Numbered from the stretch's first letter, positions 18,541-28,060 are shown. The stretch is DNA of 64,000 nucleotides from an uncultured Pseudomonadales bacterium (GCA_964648715.1 CAZYNM010000002.1:25056-89055); one strand, 5' to 3'. Translations and numbers: made by a program. The notes: generated by a model from the sequence alone, not told the origin.

Positions 18541-19194
18541 TTACTGCTGGTGCGTCCATGCACCCGTCGTTACTGTGTTTTGTAGTACTTCAGTATCGGA
18601 AAAGTGATCTTCTTCTGTTCGTTGTGTTGAAAAATCAAAAGCAAAGTGACAACTGCTATTCATAAGTTCAGACTCACTTCCTGGTAGCTCAAGAGCAAAG
18701 ACATAATCAAGTGCTGCGCTACCACTAGGAAGAACATCTGAAAAGTGTGCTTCAAGTAGAGGACCACTATAGACTGCTGCCCAATTCTTGAATATTTTAA
18801 GTTGTAAATTGACACACACTGCAGCTGTGCCACCTGTCTGGCGCGTGGAAAGGGTAAATGGTGTGCTCTGCTGCCCGGTATTTTTTATTCTCACGCTTTC
18901 TACTGCTAATCCTGTATATTTCATGTCAGAAATGGAGAAGAGGAGTGAAGTATCTTGTTCTGTTGCCGAGTTTAATTGGGAAAAGTCGAGTGTTGTTGCT
19001 TGCAGAGAGTGTGGGCTAACAACTTCTTCATCAAATAAATCCGCGTCAGTGAAATCGGAATAGCCAGCAAATAATGCTGTAATGAAAATGACAAGTAGGA
19101 GGAAACGTACTCCGTGCTTCACCGTATCTTTATGTACTTGTACGTTGTTTCTTAAATACTTCAGATGCAGCAATGACAACAAGTGGAGTGACAA
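18541..19194 (-). CDS. Third SipW-cognate-signal protein (TapA-like accessory or minor subunit?)
   Basis: ...KHGVRFLLLVIFITALFAGYSDFTDADLFDEEVVSPHSLQATTLDFSQ has h-region + ALF + acidic + TLD(F) like the two TasA-like proteins. Start uncertain: TTG at 19194 (overlaps sipW-2 by 65 nt) or GTG at 19122 (gives M-K-H-G-V-R + hydrophobic core, no overlap). Confidence 0.45.
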   Translation of the reverse strand: MSLHLLSLLHLKYLRNNVQVHKDTVKHGVRFLLLVIFITALFAGYSDFTDADLFDEEVVSPHSLQATTLDFSQLNSATEQDTSLLFSISDMKYTGLAVESVRIKNTGQQSTPFTLSTRQTGGTAAVCVNLQLKIFKNWAAVYSGPLLEAHFSDVLPSGSAALDYVFALELPGSESELMNSSCHFAFDFSTQRTEEDHFSDTEVLQNTVTTGAWTHQQ

Positions 19195-19630
19195 TTAGGA
19201 TGAAAACACCTGGTCTACTACTGGCGTATAAAAGAACCTTTCCAATTTTTGGAATTGAAAATAGTAGCTTTCCAATAACTTTATCTTGAGACACAGGATC
19301 AACATCTTTGGTTTTATTGTTATCACCCTTGGTTGTATAGGAGAAAGCGTCCGTGGTTTTTTTCTCGATAATCCTGTGCGTAATGACAGAGTCTTTTGTT
19401 CCTCTAAAGGTAATGACATCATGTACTGCATACTCCGGTGCTTCACGAGTAAAAATTACGTCGCCCGGTGTGAGCATAGGAAGCATAGAGCCTGTTGTGA
19501 CGATGAAACTGCGAAAAGGTAATCCACTTGATTGTCGTGCAGATGCACCAATTAAAAGAGATGCAATTGCATAGCTACAGTACACAATCCAAAAAAGTAT
19601 TTGTGCCAAGTGAAGTAAAGCATGTTTCAT
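19130..19630 (-). CDS. sipW: Signal peptidase I, SipW type (S26), copy 2
   Basis: TM helix then IVTTGSMLPMLTPGDVIFT; 166 aa; paralogous to 17366..17842. Confidence 0.8.
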   Translation of the reverse strand: MKHALLHLAQILFWIVYCSYAIASLLIGASARQSSGLPFRSFIVTTGSMLPMLTPGDVIFTREAPEYAVHDVITFRGTKDSVITHRIIEKKTTDAFSYTTKGDNNKTKDVDPVSQDKVIGKLLFSIPKIGKVLLYASSRPGVFILIVTPLVVIAASEVFKKQRTST

Positions 19631-19697
19631 TGTTTCTTTCCTTTAACGCAAAGAGGAGGGGACACCCCTCCTCATATGCGTTTAGTGTTCGTTAGTA

Positions 19698-20342
19698 TTA
19701 AGATGGTGTTACTTGTGTTAGGTCGAACTGAACTCCAAAAGTGAGACTGTCACTTTGAATTTCATTGCCATATGAAGAAGGATCGTTGGCCCAGTTCATC
19801 TTAACTTTAACTTGGCCGCCAGCTGGAATTGTGACTGTACCTGCATTTGTGCCCCATTGTGTGGCGTATTGAGGTTGGTTGGCAGTTGCTAGATTTGCTG
19901 AGACGACTGTTTGATATGTCTCACTAGATCCAGCACCATCTTTATCAAGTTGCACAGTTGTTGCTACTGCGTTACCAAGTTCTCCCTCGCCATTGCCGGG
20001 GGTACTGCACGTTGTATCAACAATAGCTTCTGGCTCATTGCAGCCATTTTCTGTATTGGTAAGAGAGTTAAGTCTGAAGGTTAAAGTTCCTGGCACGGTT
20101 CCAGAATTTCGAATAACCCACTCTTTTTCTCCAGAAACTGTTCCATCAACACCAATGTTATTAACTGCAATAGTGTCAAAAGCCGTTCCGTTGTTACCAT
20201 CAACAGTCATATCTAATGTACCAGCAGTAAGTGCGTTTGTCCCTGAAGTTTCTGTATCACTGAACAGAGCTTGCGTGAGCGCATAGCCACCTCCAATAAG
20301 TGATGCAGTTACCAGAAGAAAGAGCAGAATTTTTTTCTTCAT
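19698..20342 (-). CDS. TasA/camelysin-like secreted protein with SipW-cognate class signal peptide, copy 2
   Basis: MKKKILLFLLVTASLIGGGYALTQALFSDTETSGTNALTAGTLDMTVDG. Shares a conserved core with copy 1 (NGCNEPEAIVDTTCSTPGNGEGELG versus NGCNEPEALVDTTCADPGDNQGELG). Confidence 0.7.
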   Translation of the reverse strand: MKKKILLFLLVTASLIGGGYALTQALFSDTETSGTNALTAGTLDMTVDGNNGTAFDTIAVNNIGVDGTVSGEKEWVIRNSGTVPGTLTFRLNSLTNTENGCNEPEAIVDTTCSTPGNGEGELGNAVATTVQLDKDGAGSSETYQTVVSANLATANQPQYATQWGTNAGTVTIPAGGQVKVKMNWANDPSSYGNEIQSDSLTFGVQFDLTQVTPS

Positions 20343-20611
20343 ATTTCCTTTTATATTTTTGTACTAGTACGCTTTCCTATACTTTTATTTTTACTGCTTT
20401 ATATCTGTGTATCGCATGTTTCTTTGATGCATACATGATGCACATTGGTATTTGGCTTTGTTATGCATAAAATGGAATTGTCTGTCTATTTTTGATGTTT
20501 ATTACACTGATTGATAATAAAAAATATATGACAATAACACTGCAACTCATCTAGCATACGTACTATGAGTGACAGCGTCAACTGAATACAAAATGATCAA
20601 AGATACACAAT

Positions 20612-21691
20612 CTATTCTTGGGATGATGAATCACGTTTTTTTCTCCAGAAGAGAAAAAAGAAAAGCCACAATAGTGCAACAAAACAAAAAACAGCATAAA
20701 GCAATATAATTGATCTCTTTGCACTAGATGCATTCCTGTACTCTTGCTTTATTGGTTGAGGTACCGTAGTGGTAGCGCCTAAAACAATACCACTTTGGGT
20801 AGCTGGTGTTGCTGAGGGGAGTGATTGATGATGTTCTGCTTTTTCTTTAGCAAGAACAGTGAGAAGTACGGGTTCGCTCATGCCACACCTATTACTTGAG
20901 CGTATGTCCACTCTATGTGTCTCTGTAGTAGAGAGTCCCGCTACATCCCAGTGAGAAGCGTGTTCAACCTGAATGTTGTCAAACTGCTTATTTGTCTCTA
21001 GCGCATGGATGGTAATGTGATAAGTAACAGCAGGCTGCGTTGTCCAACTTATACGGAGTTTTTTCTCTTTCCACACAGCTGTAACATCTGTGGGTGAGAT
21101 TGGAATAACGCAGTGCGGGGGGGGACTTGCAGTTGGCACTGGGGAGGAAGTTGGCAGTGCTGTAGGTGGAAGGGGAGCGTGAAAATCTGGACCACACATT
21201 GTATGAAAGGTAAAGAAAAACGATGTTGTTTTGTTTTGATATGTGTTATCTGCATTTTGTGGAAATAGTATTTGCCACGTTGTGTGTGCGACTGCGTTGG
21301 GATTAACAATAAGGAGTGTTGTAGGGGTTGAGCGAGAAAATAACGTTGCTAGAAGTACTGGGGTAACTAATTGTTGTGGATATGCAGCTTGGTAAAGTGA
21401 CAGCTGTAGAACAGTGGCGAGCTCCTGCGAGGTTCCCTCTGTGGGGTGTGTCTGGAATGAAACTGAACAGCCATATCGTGGATGGGTATTGTGAAACACG
21501 ACTTCTTTAGAAAGAATGGTCCCCGGAACAAAGCTTGTTTGTGAAAACAGTACTGGTTGCTCTGGAACAGTTTTGCAATCTGATTCACCATCACACACAA
21601 TCTTGACCTCTTCAGCATCCGCGAGCGTTTCCTCAGGAATGCTAAGAAAAAGTATAGAAAAAAGTAACAAAAGAAGAAGGGTTTTTTTCAC
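20612..21691 (-). CDS. Secreted surface protein: signal peptide, Cys-containing extracellular domain, C-terminal TM anchor with basic tail
   Basis: MKKTLLLLLLFSILFLSIPEETLA...; C-terminus IILLYAVFCFVALLWLFFFLFWRKKRDSSSQE. GTG start. No LPXTG seen before the anchor. Confidence 0.5.
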   Translation of the reverse strand: MKKTLLLLLLFSILFLSIPEETLADAEEVKIVCDGESDCKTVPEQPVLFSQTSFVPGTILSKEVVFHNTHPRYGCSVSFQTHPTEGTSQELATVLQLSLYQAAYPQQLVTPVLLATLFSRSTPTTLLIVNPNAVAHTTWQILFPQNADNTYQNKTTSFFFTFHTMCGPDFHAPLPPTALPTSSPVPTASPPPHCVIPISPTDVTAVWKEKKLRISWTTQPAVTYHITIHALETNKQFDNIQVEHASHWDVAGLSTTETHRVDIRSSNRCGMSEPVLLTVLAKEKAEHHQSLPSATPATQSGIVLGATTTVPQPIKQEYRNASSAKRSIILLYAVFCFVALLWLFFFLFWRKKRDSSSQE

Positions 21692-21700
21692 AAAGTACAG

Positions 21701-23443
21701 TTATACACCCTTTAAGTACTTTGCTGCCCATGGTCGATACTTGGACACGTAGATATCCTCTCTGATAACAGAACCGTTTTTGTCCTTTATCACGTTCTTA
21801 AAACTGGCATCAATTCCTGGTGCAGCCCAATCAACTTGTACAATCTTTCCTGGTGGTAGTGTTGGGTCTGGAATATACTGTGGTGGGAGAGCAGGACGTG
21901 CATTCCACGTTTTATGATCTACAATTTCTGTAGTCCTACCATCTGAGGTTCCATAGAGTTCCACGTACATAGCAAGTTTCTTACTATCTGCCTGTGCATA
22001 GACTAAAATATGGTGATCAGTATCATTGATAAATCTAAAATCAGTTTCACCAGAATAGACAGTCGCGTCAACTCCTGGCTTTCTATCAAGTTCGTAGTAA
22101 CTTACACGATAGCTGTGTGGCAATCTTCGAGTAACATGTAAACCAGCATTTAAAACGGATCGAAAGAGCGTTGTGCTTACTTGACATACCCCACCACCGT
22201 CACCAAGTGTTGTTTGCCCATTCTTAATAACATAGGCAGATTTATATCCAGTTTGTGCAGAAACATCGCCTACTGTTTTATTAAAAGAGAACTCCTCACC
22301 AGGCTTAACTATATGGAGGCTGATACGTTCTGTAGTAAGGGCAACGTTATGAACTCTATTGGGTATGGAGTGGGCATAGTAACTTTCGCCAAAACCAATG
22401 CGTTCTGCAATTCCAAGGTCATTAGTTTCAGCAAGTCCTTTGGTGGGGGGAGTAAATACAAGCTTGAGATCAAGTACAGTTTCCTTAGCTGTTAGGGGTG
22501 TTAGTGAATGTATGTATGTCATCAATGCTTCTTGTAAAGCTAAAAGTGATAGCTTTCGTCCATCACGAGGTGGTGTGAACGAAGTGACCACCAATGTCTG
22601 GGGATTATAGGTAAACTCTGCTTCTATCGGATCTGTCTCTACTTGCTTTTGCCAAAGGGCGATTTCTTTTTCAAAAGCAGCAGGAATGATCTGTGCATCT
22701 GGGTCTACCAATGAAATGAGTGTTTGATCAGTAAGCGTATGTGAAAACCGTTCAGCTTTCAAAATAATGCTTTTACCTACAAGGCGTGTATACATTTCTT
22801 TTGCTGCTTGTAGTTGTAACTCTGTCAGTACTTTCCCAGTAGGTTCAAGGACTGGAGTAATACGGGCAGATTTCCCTTCATGTAATGAAATGAGTGTGTT
22901 GAGTGTTTTATCCTCCTGCAGCTCAGCGCCTTGTGTACCTGCATCAATGATAAGACTTTGGAGAGAGCCAGAGGTTTTGAGGACTGCTTTGGGAAGTGTG
23001 GGCATTCGATCAACTTGTTTTTTAAAAACACTTACAAATTCTCGACTGCGTTCTTCATTATAAATAGTCTTTACTGGTAGATCATGCTCTTGAAAGAAAA
23101 ATTGATAACTCTGCCAGATTTTCTGTAGACTCAATGGTGCCTGATGTATCGCTTCAAACTGGTCAATAATTTCATTGGTTGTGTAACGAGCCCCCAGTTC
23201 TGCAGAACTCGAAGCAAGTGTGGCGTCTTCATAGGAAAGAGTCAATACATGTGGCGGTACTTCTGAAAAGTGAGTGCTCAATAGGATTTGCGCAGCGCTT
23301 GGTGAAAGGAGCCCAATATTGACTCCACCAACCAATGTTCGAATAGGAAGATGTGTGCTTGTAATCTGGTAGCCAAGTACTCCAGCAATGAGTGCCAGCA
23401 TAGTTGCTTTAATAGGCAGTGGTACTTGAGGGAAATGTCGCAT
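21701..23443 (-). CDS. VanW family protein
   Basis: N-terminal TM helix. C-terminal region FSFNKTVGDVSAQTGYKSAYVIKNGQTTLGDGGGVCQVSTTLFRSVLNAGLHVTRRLPHSYRVSYYE matches the VanW core (GGGVCQVSSTLYxAxLxAGL). Confidence 0.75.
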   Translation of the reverse strand: MRHFPQVPLPIKATMLALIAGVLGYQITSTHLPIRTLVGGVNIGLLSPSAAQILLSTHFSEVPPHVLTLSYEDATLASSSAELGARYTTNEIIDQFEAIHQAPLSLQKIWQSYQFFFQEHDLPVKTIYNEERSREFVSVFKKQVDRMPTLPKAVLKTSGSLQSLIIDAGTQGAELQEDKTLNTLISLHEGKSARITPVLEPTGKVLTELQLQAAKEMYTRLVGKSIILKAERFSHTLTDQTLISLVDPDAQIIPAAFEKEIALWQKQVETDPIEAEFTYNPQTLVVTSFTPPRDGRKLSLLALQEALMTYIHSLTPLTAKETVLDLKLVFTPPTKGLAETNDLGIAERIGFGESYYAHSIPNRVHNVALTTERISLHIVKPGEEFSFNKTVGDVSAQTGYKSAYVIKNGQTTLGDGGGVCQVSTTLFRSVLNAGLHVTRRLPHSYRVSYYELDRKPGVDATVYSGETDFRFINDTDHHILVYAQADSKKLAMYVELYGTSDGRTTEIVDHKTWNARPALPPQYIPDPTLPPGKIVQVDWAAPGIDASFKNVIKDKNGSVIREDIYVSKYRPWAAKYLKGV

Positions 23444-23559
23444 AAGTACTAGGGGCTTTTACCGTCAATATATGGTATGATGTACATGTGTTTTTGTTAT
23501 AGAAAGACACCTTATATTTTGTCAGAATACCACGTATCATACCAGCAGTAACTTGTTCT

Positions 23560-25755
23560 ATGCCAAACTTACCTCTGCCAAAGCCCGCTGCTCCTACTAC
23601 ACTAAAACCAGTGACTTCTACTGCGCCTGCAGCTCAGACACCTCCAGTAGTTACACCAAAGCCACTTGTAGTTCCCGTTGCTGCGAATACTCAGATTCAA
23701 CAGCCCTCAGCACCGCCCCTTGTGTCTGGTCAACCTATCTCAACTCCGCAGCTTGTGCCAAAACAACCTGTGTCACCCAATAGTTCACCACGTTCACAAG
23801 TAGCTTCTGCAGCTTCTCGTATACCACAGGCCCCACCAACAACTCCTCTGGTCGCCAAGCAATCAGTTCAGCCTGTTCAGACCCCCTTGGTAGCAACGTC
23901 AAAAGCGAGTGCTCCAGCAGCTATGCCAGCGCCACAGAAAGCTCCTCAGAATCCAGCCATCTCTACCACCGTTCCTGTGAGCGCAGTACCTGCAAACAAG
24001 ACCTCCATTACTTCGTCTGTACCTGCTCAATCAGCAAGTGCTGCTCCTACGCCAGTTCCTAAACCTCCTCAGATGCTAACTTCAATGGGTACACAACTTG
24101 TGCAAAAAACAGCGCCTGTAGCCCAACCAGTACGTGTGCAGCAGCCACCTCAAACGCTTACAGCACTTTCTTCGATGGCAAGTAACAAATTGCCCACAGG
24201 TGCTTTGAAGACCACGCCAGAAGTTCAAGCGGATGCAGCTCCCGATGCAGCAAAAAAAGCAGCTGCCCAACCAACAGCACCCAATGAGCCCACTCTTGGA
24301 CCTCAGAAGCCACAGCCGGAGTTTGTCCAGCCCAGGCAATCTGTTTTCCGATTTCTGCCCTTTATTGCTGGCGGTATTCTCCTGCTTCTGATTGTGGCAT
24401 TCGTATTTCTGCGTTTCTTTGGAAGTTCACGAACATCAGTGACAAGCGCCCCAACTCAATCAGGAGGAACGAGTACTTCTGGAACAACCAACTCTGGCAG
24501 TGGCACTTCTTCAGGAACTAATTCTAATTCAACAACACCAGCAAACACTTCAACTGGTAAACAAGTAACACTTGAGTACTGGGGCTTGTGGGAACCAACG
24601 GAAGCGATGACAGAGGTTATTAAGGGTTTCGAGTCGCAAAATTCTGGTATTACTATTAAGTATGTTAAACAGTCTCACAAAGATTATAGAACACGTTTGC
24701 AATCGGCAATTAATTCGGGGAATGGACCAGATATTTATCGGTTCCATGCCTCTTGGGTGCCAATGCTCAAACAAGAACTCTCCCCGTTACCATCAGCGAT
24801 AATGTCTGCCTCAGAATATCAATCTACCTACTATCCCGTTGCAGTGCAACAGTTACAAAATAATGGTCAGCTAGTTGGTATTCCTCTCATGTATGATGGG
24901 CTTGTGTTGTACTACAACACAGATATTTTCAAAACTGCAGTTGTTGATCCTCCCAAAACCTGGCCAGACTTAAGGACACTTGCGAGTAAATTAACAGTCA
25001 AAGCAGATGGGAAGCTCACCCGAAGCGGTATTGCCTTGGGAAATGCTGTTAACGTTGAGCATTTTGCGGATATACTTGCGGTACTTATCTTGCAGAATGG
25101 TGGTGATTTAACAAAACCTAATTCTGCAGAGGTGCGCGATGCGTTATTGTTCTACACCAATTTTATTAAAACTGATGCAGTTTGGAATGATACATTACCC
25201 AGCTCAACCGTTGCTTTTGCACGAGGTGAGGCCGCGATGATGTTTGCACCATCTTGGAGAGCTCACGAGGTCAAAGCTATTAATCCCAATTTGCAGTTTG
25301 CCACCGTACCTCTTCCTCAGCTTTCTGATAAGCGTATCGCTTGGGGAAGCTACTGGGCGGAAGGTGTCAGTGCTAAAAGTGGTAACAAAGATGAAGCTTG
25401 GAAGTTCATTAAGTATTTAAGCTCCAAAGAGGCACAGCAAAAAATGTTTGCAGAGCAAGCAAAGACACGCAGCTTCGGTGAGCTGTATGCGCGCAAAGAC
25501 CTTGCAGACACATTAGCCAAGGATCCGGTAGTAGCTAGTGTCTTACAGGATGCTGGATACGCACAAGGTTGGCACATGAGTACATTTACTCATGATAATG
25601 GTATCAACGATCAAATAATTCAATACTACAAAGATGCTGTAACTGGTTTACTTGAAGGTAAATCCATAGATGAGGTGTTAGTAACATTAGATACAGGTGT
25701 ATCTCAGGTACTTCGTCAATATGGTGTGACGCAAGGCACTGGACAGGCACGATAA
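23560..25755 (+). CDS. ABC transporter substrate-binding protein (family 1, sugar type) with ~260-aa Pro/Ala/Thr/Gln-rich N-terminal region and single TM anchor
   Basis: TM helix FLPFIAGGILLLLIVAFVFLRFF, S/T/G linker, then TLEYWGLWEPTEAMTEVIKGFESQNSGITIKYVKQSHKDYRTRLQSAINSGNGPDIYRFHASWVPML, typical of the SBP_bac_1 N-lobe. The N-terminal low-complexity region is in frame from the ATG at 23560; the true start could be an internal Met. Confidence 0.7.
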   Translation: MPNLPLPKPAAPTTLKPVTSTAPAAQTPPVVTPKPLVVPVAANTQIQQPSAPPLVSGQPISTPQLVPKQPVSPNSSPRSQVASAASRIPQAPPTTPLVAKQSVQPVQTPLVATSKASAPAAMPAPQKAPQNPAISTTVPVSAVPANKTSITSSVPAQSASAAPTPVPKPPQMLTSMGTQLVQKTAPVAQPVRVQQPPQTLTALSSMASNKLPTGALKTTPEVQADAAPDAAKKAAAQPTAPNEPTLGPQKPQPEFVQPRQSVFRFLPFIAGGILLLLIVAFVFLRFFGSSRTSVTSAPTQSGGTSTSGTTNSGSGTSSGTNSNSTTPANTSTGKQVTLEYWGLWEPTEAMTEVIKGFESQNSGITIKYVKQSHKDYRTRLQSAINSGNGPDIYRFHASWVPMLKQELSPLPSAIMSASEYQSTYYPVAVQQLQNNGQLVGIPLMYDGLVLYYNTDIFKTAVVDPPKTWPDLRTLASKLTVKADGKLTRSGIALGNAVNVEHFADILAVLILQNGGDLTKPNSAEVRDALLFYTNFIKTDAVWNDTLPSSTVAFARGEAAMMFAPSWRAHEVKAINPNLQFATVPLPQLSDKRIAWGSYWAEGVSAKSGNKDEAWKFIKYLSSKEAQQKMFAEQAKTRSFGELYARKDLADTLAKDPVVASVLQDAGYAQGWHMSTFTHDNGINDQIIQYYKDAVTGLLEGKSIDEVLVTLDTGVSQVLRQYGVTQGTGQAR

Positions 25756-25766
25756 AATAGAGTGGC

Positions 25767-26684
25767 ATGAAAGTATCCGCCCTTAAGCGTGCTGTATTGA
25801 TAACGCTTGGCTACACACATCATTTTTCTTTTCCTTTAACAGCTCGTGAGTTGTTTGTGCGCCTCATTCTGCCTCATGAAAAGGAAAAGATAACGCCCAC
25901 ATTGTTTGCAGCTGCACTCTACGCATTACGAATTGAAGGGCACATTATCCAAAGTGGAGAGTATTTCTCACTCTCGCGCATGTTGGCGAATCAGGCTGAA
26001 GAGATACGAACCAGAAGAAAAAAAGAGTCAGAGCGCAAAATACGAGAACTCATGCCCTTACTTGAATGGATGACCATCCTCCCCTGGGTAGTTGCAGTAG
26101 GAGTAACTGGCTCTGTCGCCGTGGGAAGTGCTGAAGAAGCTGATGATACTGATATCTTCATAGTAGTTGAACCAGGAAGTTTGTGGCTGACTCGCCCGTT
26201 ACTTGTTGGTTTATCACTTTGGTATAAGAAAAGACGAACCTGGCATTCAGAGGAACCACGTAGCTGGTGTTTAAATCTCTGGCTTGAGAGCAGTCATCTT
26301 GCATTGCCTCCCAGCCGTTGGAGTGTCTACAGTGCATACGAAGTATGTCAGATTAAATGGCTCATAGATAAAAACGGGATTTGCAAATCATTTTTGACAA
26401 AAAATAGATGGGTAAGCTACTATCTTCCGCAGTATTTTGCAGTATGTATGCTACAGTGCAGTGCACATCAAAGAAATAGAATCACCACGATTCTTCTGTA
26501 CTTCTTAAGAGTATGGACGATACCACTGAACGCTTTAGCATTTATTGCTCAGTGGTGGTATATGCTGCCACACATGACAAGAGAGAAGGTCTCATACAAT
26601 ACAGCATTTTTTCATCCTCGTAATACGGGATATTTATTGACAGAAAGATGGCGAGACAGCTTACAAAAGTACATCAGCATCTAG
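25767..26684 (+). CDS. Hypothetical protein with nucleotidyltransferase-fold motif
   Basis: GVTGSVAVGSAEEADDTDIFIVV resembles the Pol-beta-type NTase hGSxxxG...DxD signature. Rest unrecognised. Confidence 0.4.
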   Translation: MKVSALKRAVLITLGYTHHFSFPLTARELFVRLILPHEKEKITPTLFAAALYALRIEGHIIQSGEYFSLSRMLANQAEEIRTRRKKESERKIRELMPLLEWMTILPWVVAVGVTGSVAVGSAEEADDTDIFIVVEPGSLWLTRPLLVGLSLWYKKRRTWHSEEPRSWCLNLWLESSHLALPPSRWSVYSAYEVCQIKWLIDKNGICKSFLTKNRWVSYYLPQYFAVCMLQCSAHQRNRITTILLYFLRVWTIPLNALAFIAQWWYMLPHMTREKVSYNTAFFHPRNTGYLLTERWRDSLQKYISI

Positions 26685-28051
26685 CGCTGCTTCTCATAAG
26701 CAGCTGGCTATGTGTAGGCACTTTGGCGAGTGTCGCTGGTTTTGTGGGACTATACTCTTGGCCGCTTGTGTTTTTCCTTTTCCTGCCGGGAATTATTTTA
26801 ATTGTTCTCATATCCAAAGTGTTTGTGGTTATGCAAAGATGGGGAATAAGAGAACAATCTCTTGTGTACTTATTGGCTACAACATGGCTTATTCACTTGG
26901 TTAGTGTGTTTGTTCCTGAACACGGTTTTGATGCCGTCTGGTATCACTTGCCTCTTATACAAACTTATAGTGAGGCAAGCCGATTTGTTTTTTTGCCCCA
27001 GTTTTATCAGTCGGTAAACCCTCAGTTCTCAGATGCACTTTTAGGGTTGGGCTACTTTGTAGCACAAGATACTGGTGTGAAGATGGTTGCCTATGCACTC
27101 GCAGTAACTCTTGCAGCGCTAACCTACTTTTCAGCGCGGTTATGGATAGAACGCAGGTGGGCACTTCTCATTGCTTGTGTCGTTTCGCTCATGCAAGTGG
27201 TTGCTTGGCAAGCAAGTAGCGCGTATGTTGATGTCGCAAAAGCACTGTGGGAAGTTGGGGCCGTGATGGTTGCTTGGCAAGTTTCACAGATAAAAAGTAA
27301 CTTCAAGATACGTACTCTGCTCGTACTTCTCTATGGAGCATTATGTGGCGCTAGTTTAGCAACAAAGCTGTTTTCAGTTATCTTACTCCCTGTCTTCATC
27401 TATATGCTCTGGGAAATGAGGCCACATATTCGTGTTTTCCTTATGTCTATGATGCTGATGATAGCTTTTGCTGTTCCGTTTTGGGCATGGAGTTGGTACC
27501 ACACGGGTAATGCATTTGTGTCTGCGGGCATACACCTAGATAAACTCACCGAACTTACCGGTGCACACTCATGGTCAGCGTACATTCAAGAAAAAACTAT
27601 TTACAGCTGGGAGGCACCCTTTGTAGCTTCTTTTGGAATCCGTGATTACACCAATCCATGTATGTGGCTCTTTATTGCATACATCCTGTATATCATGGTA
27701 CGGCGTCGCATCATGCAGCAAGTTATCGGTAGTCTTTTATTTGCTTTTTTCCAGGTATGTATATGGTGGTATATACCACCATTATCAACTAGATATGCAC
27801 TTTCTGGCTTTATCATTATTCCATTGATTTTTTGTATACACTTTGTGCAAGATGCTAGGGTACAATGGCTTGAGCGTCTGTTGTATATGGGGATAGCAGC
27901 CTCGTGTGTGGCCTTGCTCGTGCCACGACTATTCGTCACCGCACGTGACTTGCAGTATCTCTTGGGCTACCAAACAAAAAAAAACTACATAGAACAATTC
28001 TATGATGGGAATGCTGACACACACTTACGATCTTGGCATCAGCTTCCCTAG
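26648..28051 (+). CDS. Polytopic integral membrane protein (about 11-13 TM helices), GT-C glycosyltransferase-like
   Basis: Continuous hydrophobic helices throughout. Architecture resembles ArnT/PMT/O-antigen-related GT-C enzymes, but no catalytic motif was verified. Overlaps the upstream gene by 37 nt. Confidence 0.45.
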   Translation: MARQLTKVHQHLALLLISSWLCVGTLASVAGFVGLYSWPLVFFLFLPGIILIVLISKVFVVMQRWGIREQSLVYLLATTWLIHLVSVFVPEHGFDAVWYHLPLIQTYSEASRFVFLPQFYQSVNPQFSDALLGLGYFVAQDTGVKMVAYALAVTLAALTYFSARLWIERRWALLIACVVSLMQVVAWQASSAYVDVAKALWEVGAVMVAWQVSQIKSNFKIRTLLVLLYGALCGASLATKLFSVILLPVFIYMLWEMRPHIRVFLMSMMLMIAFAVPFWAWSWYHTGNAFVSAGIHLDKLTELTGAHSWSAYIQEKTIYSWEAPFVASFGIRDYTNPCMWLFIAYILYIMVRRRIMQQVIGSLLFAFFQVCIWWYIPPLSTRYALSGFIIIPLIFCIHFVQDARVQWLERLLYMGIAASCVALLVPRLFVTARDLQYLLGYQTKKNYIEQFYDGNADTHLRSWHQLP

Positions 28052-28060
28052 AAAGCATAC

